Source: the human T2T-CHM13v2.0 reference genome, Homo sapiens
DNA: 64,000 nt
Direction: 5' to 3' (one strand)
NCBI RefSeq assembly: GCF_009914755.1
Contig: NC_060939.1
Below, piece by piece: positions 1 to 12,944 of this stretch. Position 1 is the stretch's first letter. Every line of letters begins with the position of its first letter. Made by a program: the position numbers and the translations under genes. Under the pieces are notes generated by a model. The model was not told where the DNA came from and made no database searches. It was given only the letters and a program-made list of their open reading frames with translations.

Positions 1-329
1 ATTGCACATTGTGCAACCTTGAAAGCATATGGAAAGGGCTGACATTCAACTCCAATATGGCCAAAACAATGGTGTAGCTACTATCTGTTCTGATTGCCAG
101 TGTCTATACCATAGCAATTGCTAAATATTTTTATAACATATTCTCTCTCTCTTTTTTTTTTTTAACGGAGTCTCGCACACAAAGGAGATGAGTGTTTTAT
201 ATTTTAGTGTGCTGATTGATTTTGACAGATTTTCCTTTGAGGAAATAAAAACTTTACAGAAATGAGATAAGATTATATATTTTAGCACACCAAATGAATG
301 TTTCTTCTAGATTTTATAGGGAGTTGATA

Positions 330-520
330 GGTAGTATGTATATATGCACGCATATATACATATTGATGTATATATACATATAAGTATAAATATAAATATG
401 TCATATACATACCAGAACAAACATATATGTATATGATACATATGTGTTCTAGAGTGTATATATACATATATCATACATATAAATGTTTATGTATACATAC
501 GGATACATACTATATATCAC
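330..520. repeat. (TA/CA)-rich low-complexity repeat
   Basis: Degenerate TATA/TACA alternation; explains the Y/I/H-rich ORFs at 282-467 and 427-816. Confidence 0.8.
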
Positions 521-559
521 CTCTCTACTGGGTTTATGTGCTCTTGTTCACACAAATAA

Positions 560-1125
560 TTTTCAGAATTTTTTTTCTGATACACAACCATGTGTGTACT
601 TGTGACTCTAGTTCATTTTCATGGTTAAAAACATCCTATTCTGTGAACCCACCACAACTTTTTCAGTTTTCTGCTGATGAATGTGTATTGTTTTCAATGT
701 TATTATTTTATAAGCAGTGCTTCACTGAGCTTTCTTTGTTATGCCTGCTATTAATAGTATATATATATGCAAAAGTTTATTTAGCATATGTACTGAGGAA
801 CAAAATTGCTAGGTGATAAAATATAGGCATCTTCAACTTTACTGGATATTGACCAATCATTTTTCAAATAGTTTAAATCAATTTATGTCACCAGCAATGG
901 GTAACAGTTCTTTTGTTCCACATCCTTGTTAACACTTGACATTGTCTAACTTTTCATTTTTTCTTATCTTAATGGGGTAAAAATGTATCTCATTAATTTT
1001 TTATTTTATTTCTCTGATTTAAATTCATGTGGTAGAGAATATTTTCATATATTTATAGTTCATTTGCATTTTCTCTTCTATGAATTGCTTTTTCAAATCT
1101 TCTGCCCAGTTTTCTATTAGGTTTG
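560..1125 (-). mobile_element. Ancient L1M (L1MC/ME-like) ORF2 3' fragment
   Basis: Degenerate antisense L1 3' motifs: ...caccagcaatgg...ccacatccttg...aatgtatctcatt...ttttcatat...tcttctgcccagttttctatt. Confidence 0.65.
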
Positions 1126-2724
1126 GGTTACTCCTTAGAATATTATTTTTCTCAAAGAGCATTCCAAAAGAAAGTAATTGAAAGCATGTCTTCATCATGA
1201 ATAGAACTGAGAATATATAATGTGAACTTCAATGTGGCGGCCAGACACTGCTTATTCTCTGAAAAGATAAAAACACTAAGGTAACATTCATTGCTGGACC
1301 ATAATAGTACTTGGATTCCTGCTTAATTACAAATTGGGCATTGAGAAGGGCTTCTTTCCTGTCAGTAATTATACTGGAGGGGTTGCCTTGATAGTAGTGG
1401 TCTTCTGGTCTGAAAAGAAATCATGTGCAGCTATGTGAGAGTGCCCCTTATGTGTCCAGGGAACACACTGTGAAGAGTCTGAGTCCAACTCTTATTCACT
1501 TTGACTTATCTCACTGATTACAGAACAAGGCTGCCGTCCAGACCCTACGGTTCTTCCAAGCAGATGTGCACAGGTGGCCTGCAATCTCAAGTGCTCTTCT
1601 ATAAATAAAGTTTATTGGGGGATTAAGTGATCACTTGTCAATCTTGAAAGGAGTGGACTGGACCCATGAGCGTGGCTGCTTTAAGATCTGAGGGATGCCC
1701 TGGCATCTCCTTGTTCAAGGAAGCTTTCTTTTCTAGGTCTTTCTGTGCCTCTGTGCCTCTGTACCTCTAGAGATTTCTGGGAATTTTTTTTACAAAATAA
1801 CACAGCCCATAAGCGATGTAATGTATTAGATTATGTAGGGCATAATAAAGCATTCATGTTTTCCTTCCTCAACATATAGAAAACAGATGTGTTTCTAAAG
1901 CTGCTCAGAAAGTGAAGGTGTAAGGAAGAAAAAATCATATTTTGCAGCCAAGAAAATGAAAGAACTATATTTTCAGGCTAGGGTCATGATGTGCATATGG
2001 GCTCACCTCTACACCTGGGTATGGCCATTTGTCAACTTAAAAAGGGGTGAACGTGAATGATCCATTTCAGTGTAAGTTGTCTGTGCCTGATATTTGTGGT
2101 CATGTTGAGATGTCCATGAAAATTAATGATAATAATGAGGCAAAAAACCTTTAATAGGTTGAAATTTCATCTTGCTGGGTGTGGGTGAGATGACTGAATC
2201 CCCTTCCGTGGATTTTATAGGTCATGTTACGATGGGAAATTGAACTAATTTATTTTAGTCTCAATTTCCTGATGTGTAACATAGGGATATTGTCATACTG
2301 CTTGAGTCCAAGTACTAGTCTTAAAACTAAAACAAAGAAAAAGAATGATTTTATACTATCATTTTAGCAATAAAAATCACTAAGACCCAAGGTGTTTTCC
2401 TGACTTTGCCGTGGATACATAGCTGATAAGTGAAATCAGGTTTAACCTAGACCCTACATCCAGTGCTATTTCTGCTAATTATACGCTTTCTCTCCTCTTG
2501 ACATAGTGAGATTTGTTCATCAGATAAGGTAGCAAATATGAAAAGGTTTTGAACAAACGAAGCCTGGGCAGTCAGTTATATACCTTAGGTATTAATTCTT
2601 AAAGAGAGAGAGAGAGAGAGAGAAAAGGTTTATTTAGATCCACTCTCTGTCAATCAATTATAAACAAGCTACGCAGCACTCCACCTACGTGCAAATTATT
2701 GTGCCAAATGCTAGGAGTGTAGAA

Positions 2725-2952
2725 CAGGGTTTCCCAATCTTGGCACTAGTGATATTTTGGGCCAGATACTTCTTTGTTGTAGAGGCTGTCTTGTTCAATG
2801 TAAGATATTGAGCAGCATCCCTGGTCTCTACCCTCTAGGCACCAGTAGCACACCACCACTCCCCAGTCGTGACAACCAAAAATATCTCCAGATATTGCCA
2901 AATGTCTGCTGGAAGGAAAAGTGCCTCCCTAGCCCTCAGCTGAGAAGCATTG
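2725..2952 (-). mobile_element. MER20 (hAT-Charlie MITE), full length
   Basis: Matches the reverse complement of MER20 from CAGGGTTTCCCAA through gcagcatccctggtctctaccc and gacaaccaaaaatatctccagatattgccaaatgtc to TGAGAAGCATTG; 8-bp TSD-like flanks gtgtagaa/gtttagga. Confidence 0.9.
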
Positions 2953-3349
2953 GTTTAGGAATATGGAAGGTGACCTCTGTTCTCTAAAGAGTATGTGCGA
3001 GGTAGGGTAGAGGGTGATGTTGGACTCATGATAATTTCTGTATGTGTGTCCACAAATGAGAAAGCTGAGCAGGTTCACACTGAACATATCATACGAGACC
3101 TTATGTGGGCTGACAAAGAGTTTTGTTTCTGGTTTTGGTTTTAGATTTTTATTCCATATATATGAATAACAATGGAAAATGCAATGACAAAAGTCTCACC
3201 ACAATATTAGGAATGAAGAAACTCTAGCTTTTCCTTCTTAACAACAGTATCTCAAACAAGAAGTTAGTTTTCGATGATACTAAATTTCCAATTTTATCAC
3301 AAATAAATCAATAACAAGTTACATAAAATACACTCTCTGTTGAAGTTTT

Positions 3350-3633
3350 ATTTTTACTTATTTTTTTAGACAAGGCGTCTCGTTCTGTCTTCCAGGCTGA
3401 ACTGCAGTGGTGCATGGCTCACTGCAGCCTTGAACTCCTGGGCTCAAGTGATCCTTCTGTGTCAGCCTTTGGAATAGCTGGAACTACCTGTGCAACCACA
3501 TTTTTTTAAAAAATTTGAGAGACAGGATCTCACTATGTTGCTCAGGCTGGTCTGAAACTCCTGAACTCAAGTGATTGCCCCACCTCAGCATCCTGAGTAG
3601 CTGGGAATACAGGTGTGAGCCACTGTGCTCAGC
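3350..3633 (-). mobile_element. AluJ
   Basis: Antisense dimeric Alu with AluJ-type 'actgcagccttgaactcctgggctcaag'; TSD ctctgttgaa(g/a)tttt at 3335-3349 and 3633-3647. Confidence 0.9.
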
Positions 3634-4306
3634 TCTGTTGAAATTTTTAATAGTACAAAGATGTATTAATTAAACATATATATTTGGTTTTAATTATCTT
3701 ATCTGAAAACATTTTCCCTGTATTTTCTATTCCATTGATTATCTATTTTTTACTAAATGGTCAGGTTTTTTGATTGGGTGTTAGTTAGTTCTGCTCCTTT
3801 TGTAAGTACACCAGTCATTAATCTCTGATTCTATATTATCTTTAGTTATTTTTATCTTTTTTCTTACAATTTTTTGTTTGTCTCAAGCCTGTCTTCCGAA
3901 CTGATGGATATATTTGTAGCATTATCTATTTCTTGCTGCTTTCACTATGCTTTTTATTTCTGTAACAATTTGTTTATCTGCATTTTCTGAGACAATATGG
4001 GACATGTTGAAAGAAGAAATGTTGAAAATTGATGAGACGAACAAAAGAAGGAGGAAGATCCGAAGGGGAAAGCAAGGGTGAATACAGAGAAGCTATTTGA
4101 TCTCTGGAACCGTGGACAAAGATCAGAGATTGAGGAAGCATGTGAAGCCGTCAGTGGAGCTCACACTGAATTTGAGCCAATCCTACAGTTTCTAAATACA
4201 CATAAATGGGTTCCTGGGTGCAGATAAATGGACTTAGAGCACAAGACGGCTCATTGGAACTAAGCTGGTGGAGGGTGAAGAAAGGGAAAAGACAAAATAG
4301 GGTGAC

Positions 4307-4990
4307 TGTATTACTTTGGGCTCTCCAGAGAAACAAAACCGTAAAGATCTCTATCTATATCTATCTCTACTGTAAGGAATTGGCTTACATAATTATGGAG
4401 GCTGAGGAGTCCAAGATATGTATTTAGCAGGCTGGAGACCTAGGAGAGCCAATGGTGTAAATTCCAGTCTCAATCTGATTTTGAAGGCAGAAGACCTAGG
4501 CACCAGCTCGAAGATAGACAGGGAGAATTTCCTTTTATGTGAGCTAACCAAGAGTTTTGCTTCTGTTTTTGTTTTTATGTTTTTCTTAGACAAAAATAAC
4601 AGAAGCTGCTATAACAGGAGACAGCACATTTTAGGAATAAAGAAACTGGCTTCTCCTTCTTAACTGTAGTCTCTCAAACAAGACTTTAGTCTTTGCTGAT
4701 ACTACCTTTCCAATTGTATTACAAAATAAGTAAACCAATAACACATAGGTGACACAAAATACATGCTCTGTTGAAATGTATTTCATAAGTCTTTTATTAT
4801 ATTTAGACCTTCAATAGATTAGGTGAGGAGCCCACCCCCACTGGGGAGAGCAATCTACTTTACTCAGTCTGCCTATTCAAATATTAACCTCATTTAAAAA
4901 CACTGTCACATACACCTGCAAAATACTGTTTAACCAAATATCTGGGCACCCTGTAGCCCAGTCAAGTGAACAAATAGAAATTATCATTAT
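4307..4990 (-). mobile_element. MLT2-family (ERVL) solo LTR, interrupted by a ~245-bp insert at ~4535-4780
   Basis: tgtatt...ctctccagagaaacaaaacc...aaggaattggcttac...ggctggagacc; resumes tttactcagtct...ccaaatatctgggcacc...cccagtcaagt. Confidence 0.8.
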
Positions 4991-5929
4991 GTTGGCCTTC
5001 TGGGGCCACTAATCCATAGACCTGGCACGAGAGACCTTCCCTGTTGCACACATAAATGCCTCAGTTTGAGCTCCTATTCGAGGAGTGCCCATGCATCTCG
5101 GCTCATTCATACATGCCTACCATTGGCAGACACACATGATGGACAAGAAGGATGAGAAATGTTCCTAAATCCTGTACTTCAAATAGTAGAAGTACTATCA
5201 TTGCTCAGCATGACTGTAATCAGGGTACAAGGAAGCACTACAAATAATCCAAGGCTAAAGAAATTGCATATTATTCTGCCTTGAGGACTGAGATGATAAA
5301 AGTATGTACATACACAGCAAGGAAGAACTAGAACACTCACTACCTTTAGTATTCTCTGCATGTCCCTAAATTCCTAATTCAGTTAATCCCTAAAATACAA
5401 AGTAGTGTCTCCATTTTAAGTCTCTACCTGTAAATAGCTCATTTACACTAAGCTAGAGGGTCACCAGGTAATTACAAGAACTACAAAACTACAAAAGCTT
5501 CAATAACAATAAAAAATTTACATTACCAAGCAGAAGACCTCCCATTTTAGAATAGTCAAAGTCATCACACTTTATTGAGGAAAGAAACTTAAAAGTGAAA
5601 GCAAATCACAGCAGCTGAGTATACAATCTGCAAATGTTTAAATTATTCTATTTACCAGGTTTTTAAATGATGAACAAAACTTCAGAGCTCAGTTTAAGTA
5701 CATAATCAACAAAACCCAAACATATTATATTTTAATGAGTTCCAATCACAATTCAGTAAATCATTCTGACGTCCTGTAAGAGATGAGTGCTTGAATGCTC
5801 TAGGAAAGATGGATACAGAGCATTGTTGAGGGTATCTGCATGCTACAGGTGGAGACAGATGGAAAAACCAGTGGTAATATGGGCTCCTGAGGAGGTTGAA
5901 GAAGTTGTAATAGCTGAACCCACTGAACT

Positions 5930-6170
5930 ATCTGAGCACTTACTATTTGCCATTATTCGGTGCATATTAATGCATTTACATAGTATATTTAAAATGACAA
6001 CTCTAGGAATGAGTTACAATCATTGCTGCCATTTGGAGATGAGAAAACTGAGGCACAGAGGGATAAATCCTAGACAAGGGATGCAGTGATGGAGTTGCAG
6101 AGCTGGAATTCAAACATAGGCAACCCATCTCTAAAGCTCACTATCTTCACCACTTCTCTCCACTGCCTCT
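5930..6170 (-). mobile_element. MIR SINE
   Basis: Core ccatttggagatgagaaaactgaggcacagag...gcagagctggaattcaaac. Confidence 0.8.
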
Positions 6171-6419
6171 AAGGAAATGTATGAGGCTTTTCTCCGTCAC
6201 TAAACCTTCATCGAGACAGGCTGGAAGTTCAGTATTCCAATCACACACACTAGCAGCAATCTCTTTGTCTTCAACATTTCAGAAATCCTCAACTTAATGT
6301 TCTCATACTCAATTTCGGGTAACGAAGAGGAGAAGTCAATAAAGGGTCAGAAAATAAGTTGTCAGAGAACTAAGTAGAGAGACAGGAAGAAATCTCAAGG
6401 GGAATTTGGTCTCAGTGAA

Positions 6420-6645
6420 TATATTTTGAGCACTTACTATTTCTCAGGGGCTGTGGTCCATAATTCATAGACATTTTCGCTAAACACTTACAGCCCAACG
6501 ACATCAATCTTATGGGGCCTGTTAATGATGAGGAGATGGAAGTCATGAACAGTTCAAGGTCTCGTTCAAAGTGCCAGACTGAGGACACAATTGAGCCAGC
6601 TCAAAGCTAGGCCCTGTGAATCTAAGACTGTGTCTTTTTCTTTCA
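6420..6645 (-). mobile_element. MIR SINE (degenerate)
   Basis: ttgagcacttactat...gatgaggagatggaag...tcaaagctaggccctgtgaatctaag. Confidence 0.5.
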
Positions 6646-8925
6646 CAAATAGAAAGTTTGGGTCAGACAAGTCAACAGTAAAGCAAGATAAGGGGAAATG
6701 AACTCAGGGTATAGCTAAAGACCTGATCATAAATTCAGATACTATAAAGGTCACTGAGATTGGATATTGGAGAATGAAAGAGCCACTTGGAACCACTTAC
6801 GTCTTATATGCAGCTGCCTTTTTCCTCTAAGAGTCCCTAAAGCAGATGTTTGTCATTCTAGGAAAAGCCTGTGTTCCCTCTGGGACTGGGATTTAGTGAG
6901 TGAAAATTCTGCAGTGCCTCCTAGCACTTTTTATTCTAGAGCATTGGTGCCACTAAGCATTACCTGGATGCTGGACTCCCTGCCCAGAAGGGGCTTTTCA
7001 TTCTAAACTATACGGAAGGGGTGCTATCAGAAACACTGTCTTTGAGAGGATTTGTGCTTCTATGATTTTAGTATATCTCACAGGTACAAATTTTGATCCA
7101 CATGGAAAGTTTAACTTTTAATTAAAGTGTGCTGTTATGGTGATGTCTTTCAGAAAAATCCTGAAAGGGAGCTCACTTTGCAGCACCCTGGGGCAGGGAA
7201 CACTAGTCTGGGAGTGGAAATGACCACACCTCCTGGTGTCCCAGGACCTAGGGAGTTCCCAGGACATGGAACTTTTTGTTCTAAAACAAGGAATAGTCCT
7301 GTGCAAAATGGGAAGAGCTGGTCACTCTCGCTGTGTTTCAGAGACAGAAAGAATAACATAACCTACAGCAAGGGCCACAGGATTACCGTGTTGCTACTCT
7401 TGTGCCTTATTTTGTGAATTTAGAAGAACATATTGAATGGAGAACAATTCCACACTCATATGGTGGCATAGTACTGCAAGGTGAGAATATATTTTGGTCA
7501 AGTTTCCCCCTCTTATATTTCCATTTGTAGAAATCTGTTTTTTATTTAAAAAAAACATACTTTTTAATCTCTTCAAATTCACCGCCAAAATTTGTAGTAC
7601 TCTGAAGTATCTAACATGAATAATTGAAAAAAAAATATACAGAAACCAAAACGTGAAAACAAACTCAAGTCGTCACTTTAAAATTAGTGCAGAGAGGTTT
7701 CAGATCTATTTGATCTTACCTTCTAATACAGAATAAATTAGGTATAGAAATCAGAAAAAAGCCACCCCAAATCAGTCTTCTGAGCAAGGTTTTCTTGGGG
7801 CACAGAAATAAGATGTGATCTTATCAGAGGAAGCCCCTTTCTTGGATAATTCAGCATTTTGCCAAACGCTGAAGATGTCGTTGGACCACAACTCAAATTG
7901 ACTTATGTAGCAGAATTCTGTTTTGTTTGCTTGAGTTGGCAAAGTTTCTCTCTGAGGACTGGGAAATCTCTGCAGCTTCAGCATGAGGCCGGGCATCAGA
8001 GGAAGGGTGGCAGCAAGGAGCCGCTGGTTGTCAGCCTGTGAGAATGCCTTCAGGTGGCCACAGCATCCTAAACACAGCCCTGGGAGAGATGACATCTCCC
8101 TGAAAGGCTGCCAAAATAGTCCCACACCAATATGGAATTGTAAACCTTTATTAAGTAGTTTACAGTGTCTGCTTCAACAAATGCACCCACTGCTGTGAAG
8201 ACACCCACCGTGCCTTGAAAGAGATGCAAAGAGATCAGCCAAGGAAGAAAATGTTTTGGGAAATCCTCACTTCGATGGAGAAGTCACCTATCCCCCATCC
8301 CAACTGGGAAATGGAGCTGGGAAAAGCAGGCAGTTGCCTTTCTTTGTGCTTATGTGTACATGTGTGTGCGTCCGTGCCAGTATGAATCCACATTCAACGC
8401 ACACTGGATATTTTTAAAAAATAATACTTTCCTTGATTTAGAAAGAAAAATTTCAGTGGAATTAGCTTGTCAACATGAAACCATTACTGTTTATAATTTA
8501 TTTCAGAACTGTTCAAAGCATAGGGGATAGAGAGGCACCCTTGGCCGATAATTTGTAATGTTCGGTACCCAGTTAATGACCTTTTACATATGGACTTGAG
8601 CAGACTCTGTGGATACAATATATCTCCCATATCCCAGCGGGTCGGGCCTAATTGATATCATTAGAGACCCAGTGCTTTTGCACATGGCCTTGGAGATGTC
8701 CGCGTTACCAAGAAAGCTGCTTTTGATTTATTTTGCTTTTCTTCTTCATTCTTTACCTCTTTTCTTTCTTCCTTTCTCAAGTCCCGCTCAAAGGCCAAAC
8801 TTGTGACGGTTAAAAATTCACAATCCAACTGCAGGGTTGGAACACTCTGGCTTGCAAATCTGTTTCTAAAGCTGGGACATCTAACGAGTCGCCCTTGGCA
8901 TGTCTAACAGGTAGTGAGAGAGCCC

Positions 8926-8956
<31 letters not shown>

Positions 8957-9599
8957 AAAGGGGCAGTCTATGTGTAAGATACACTGAAACATTTCAGTCA
9001 CTTCTCAGATGTTTCTTGTTCCCTTTGGAAGAATAGTGTCTTCTTGGTCCAGCTGCAGCAGAAAACTCGAGGTCTCTAAATGATCTTATAAAACTTTTCT
9101 CTGCTCAGGTGCAAGTTCTGTGTCCCCTTAGCTCTGATATAAATTTTCATCCTCAGTCTTAAGCTCACAATAGAACTTTTATATGTGGTGATCAACTCTT
9201 ATAAAAAGTCTTTAGGTTTGACTTCTGTCTATTTAAGCTAAAACAATCCAGTAAATATGTTCAAATCAATTGCGGTGAGTAAGCTTATGTGTTTTAAACT
9301 ATTTTCAAATCTCTCCATCTGTCAAGAAAAAAGATTCTGAAATCCGTCAGCCAGAGATCATGAATTTCAGTTGATTCTGGCAGTAACCAATGTTCAAGTG
9401 TGCCATCTAATAGTACCAATTCAATTATTTAGAGTATCTATTTGTATCCATTTGATTGCATTCAAAACAACTAAATGCATTGTTTTTTGATATTTACTTA
9501 AAATGTAAATTTAAAAATAATAACTTGCAGAAAAGTATAGGTATAGCCATAAGATTTTAGGGGGCAGGGTTAACCTTTTATGCTTAGGGAGTACAGGGT

Positions 9600-9795
9600 A
9601 GATTAGAACGCTTCCATAAGCTCTTACTTAATTGATACACAAAACCATGTAAGGCATACAGAGTATTCCTGTGCTACAGATGTGGAGGCTGATGCTTAAA
9701 CAGGGGGAAATGGTCTGCTTAAGTCTCCACATTTGGGATAGAACAGGGACTAGTACCTAGACCCTACAACTTCTAGTTCAGGGCTGTGTCCATTT
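9600..9795 (-). mobile_element. MIR SINE (degenerate)
   Basis: tacagatgtggaggctgatgctta...gggactagtacctag...acttctagttcagggct. Confidence 0.55.
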
Positions 9796-10580
9796 CTAAG
9801 TGAAGCCTGTTTTTAGAGATGGGTCCAGCTCACAACATGACTTGCAAAGCTCTGCAAAGTTTACATATCGAGGCCAGACCTCTTCCCTACTCCGCTTAGG
9901 ATTTATGTCACTTCAGATTCTGGCTAGGTAGAACTTACTATGTCAAGTTTTCTTTGTTTGTTTCTGCTTTTCTAGGCCTTCTTTGACATTCTTCTCTCTG
10001 TCTGGAATATTCTGCTCTGTGTATCAATATTTGTGCTATGAAGGAAAACAAGTTTACATTCTCAAATTCGTAAACAGGGTTTTGTATTGTAGAACTCCTC
10101 AGGGTCTTTAATATGCAACTGAGTGTTGCAAAAACCTCCATGGGACTGACAGACTGCAATGTTTGCCTAATTTACATAATCACAGGAGGTAAGTGGTTTG
10201 CCCAAGATCATGAAGCCAAATAGTGACTCTACCATGACTACTGTCTGGGCCTCTAGGTTCTTGGCCATCATATCACTCTGTCTGCCTGCTTTCTATAGCA
10301 GACATTAGTCTCTGAACTTGGGTCAAAATATTGTATAATTGTTTGAGAGGAAGAAAGAGGAGAAAGCTGGCTTTGCAAATAATTAAGATTGTAAATAGAA
10401 ATATAGTTTTTCCCTGGCATCTATGTCCAGTGGGGAATTGCAAGTAAGAGCCCTCTGATGCAGAGAGGGCTTAAGAACATCTCTTCAGTTTAGTAGCATC
10501 TTCCTCAGACACAAGGGATCAATGTAAGTGTTCTCCAAATTAGTAGCAATGAGCAACTCTGATTTTCCAATGACTTTTCC

Positions 10581-10810
10581 GCCAGATGCGGTGGTGCGGT
10601 AGTCCCAGCTACTTGGGAGGCTGAGGCAAGAGGATCACTTGAGCCCAGGAGTTCTGGGCTGTAGTGTGCTATGCTATGCCGACTGGGTATCTGCACTAAG
10701 TTATTCATCAATATGGTGACCTCTTGGGAGTGGGGTCCACCAGGTTGCCTAAGGAGGGATGAACCGGCCCAGGTCAGAAACAGAACAGATCAAAACTCCC
10801 GTGCTGATCA
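10581..10810 (+). pseudogene. 7SL RNA (SRP RNA) retropseudogene, 3'-truncated and tailless
   Basis: Colinear with 7SL nt 1 to ~231, including the S-domain absent from Alu (gcactaagtt...catcaatatggtgacctc...ccaccaggttgcctaaggaggg.tgaaccggcccaggtc...caaaactcccgtgctgatca); no poly(A); TSD aatgacttttcc (10569-10580) / aatgattttcc (10811-10821). Confidence 0.95.
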
Positions 10811-11994
10811 AATGATTTTCCACATAAAATATTATGGTCTATAAGATGAAAATGAAGCAGACACATGCTGCTTGAGCCACTATTTTAGGAATTGCCTCTG
10901 CCTCCTGGGTCTATTCAAATTTTGAGCATTTCATTGTTCCTTTATGACACGTGCTTTAAAAAGCGTTGGTTCCCCCTGAGCCTTATAAATCATCAGAGTC
11001 TGACCACTGGTGAATTCTAGAGAGAAAAAATAAATAGGGCAGGGGGGAACCTGGTACAGCAAAAGAATACAGGAAAGATGAATTTTATTTTCAAACATAA
11101 TCTTACTGACACTTCTGGGTTCCTTAGGCTGCAGGCAGGGCAGACCCAATCCACACTACAAACTTATGAAAATTAGAAAAAGGTGCATCCTCAGGGCAAA
11201 AATAATCGCTTTCAGGGCCGACAGCTTTGGTGATGAAACTCAGGTTGCACTCCAGGCCCCATTTGCCCTCTCAAATGGTTGTCTTAGTATAGGGAGCTCT
11301 CTGCGTAACTGCACAGGGAGCAGTGAGTATAGAGAACCCGCTCCTCCATGTCTCTCTCCTGCCTGCCTCAAAACATGACGTGTCATGCTCGGTCAGAGAA
11401 CACAGCACCATAAGGAACCATTACCACCTAATACATTTTTGTGGGCAAGAAGTGTTCTTGTATATACTTCCTCCTTGGGTACAGATCATATAACTATAAT
11501 TTCTCCTGGAGTTTTCTATTCCTTTGTTACAATGCCGCATCCCCTCTTCACCCCACAGAGCCTACTCATTCTCTGGAATTTTCCTCTTTATTCATCAGGC
11601 TTCGCTCTGTCCTCCCTCTTTTTTGACATATGCACACCGACCTTCACAATCCTACACATATGTAAGGTTCAAAGAGTTCCCCAGCCATGATCAACGGTAA
11701 ATAAATCCCAGAGGCAGCATGGAGTTACAACAGTTTTATTTCCACCATCATTCTCTTGCCTTTACCGTCCGTCTCTAAGAAAAAAAAAAAAAAAATCCTG
11801 GTGTTGTTGGGAAACCAGATGATTGGGTTTGGTTAGTGGAGATATAATGCTTGTGGTGTTTCTTAGGGGAACCTGAGGGTGAAAGTGCAAAGTAGGCTCT
11901 TGTCTAGGTCAGAGAGGGGGACATTCATTATTTACTTTAAAAGGTATTGTTGAGAATTCATCAAAATGAAACACAGGTGTTCCTTCTCTTATGG

Positions 11995-12140
11995 AAAGGG
12001 CAGAGTCTGAAGTCTAGCAAACTTAAGACTGAATCTTGGTTTGGCTACACATGATCCCAGTGAACTTGGGCATGGTAATTTACACTGGGACTCAGTTTCC
12101 CCATCTGCAAACTGGGATTGATAGTGCCTCCTTCTTGCCT
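11995..12140 (+). mobile_element. MIR SINE
   Basis: gtgaacttgggcatggtaattt...ctcagtttccccatctgcaaactgggatt. Confidence 0.7.
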
Positions 12141-12944
12141 TGCACTAAGAAGAAATGGACAGAATGTCTCTTCATACAATTAGTTAGATCACTTTCCCTG
12201 CCATTTCCTGAGCCTCTGGCTTTTCTCTTTATTTCCTTCTCTCTGTCTCTCCCTCATTCTCCAACATGCCTCTCTGTTGTGCTCACTCCTTCTCTTCTCC
12301 TCCCGCCTTTCCACGAGAAAGTGGTATCTTCTTTCCATCTTTTGCCTTTTCCACCTTCTTTTGGAGGATGATGGCACAGCCCTTCCCCTCCTGTGAACAG
12401 AACCATTTTAATCAAGATAAAACCACCATGGGATCCTCGAAAAGGTCACGTGGAGCCATGGTGTGTAGTACCAGTCCCACAAAGAGATCGTCCTCCATGA
12501 AGTTTCAAATTGAAAAGAACATTTCTGTTCACCACATCTTTCCACCTTAACAAGGGGAAGTTAAAAGACCTGCTCCTGAATTCAAGGAGCATCAAACTTT
12601 ACATAGTTTGCTTCACCATAACCCTACAAGAGTGAACTATTCCCAGGAAAAGGCTTTCATGGCCATTTCAAGGAAAATACCTTGCAACTGATCAAGGACC
12701 TGACCCAGCCATAAAGGAGGGGAGGGACCTTATTTAGGTGATATTTCCCCCTGAGGTTATTGTTCCTGGGTCAGTAAGGAGACATTTATGTCTAATAACT
12801 TTATTCTGATTAAAAGAAAATAAGCTTCTACCCCTCCACCCCAGCCTCCATCTAAAACGCTTTTGGGACCAACTCAAACCTTTTAAGTGAATAAATTCAG
12901 TATTTTTTCTCCAGCATTTTAAAGAAATACTCCTTTGCTTTCAA

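Noticed and set aside
151-178. Poly(T) plus acggagtctcgc resembling an ultra-short Alu 3' end (similarly ccgtctct plus poly(A) at ~11769-11795)
   Set aside because: Only 8-12 matching bases and no TSD, so it cannot be supported.
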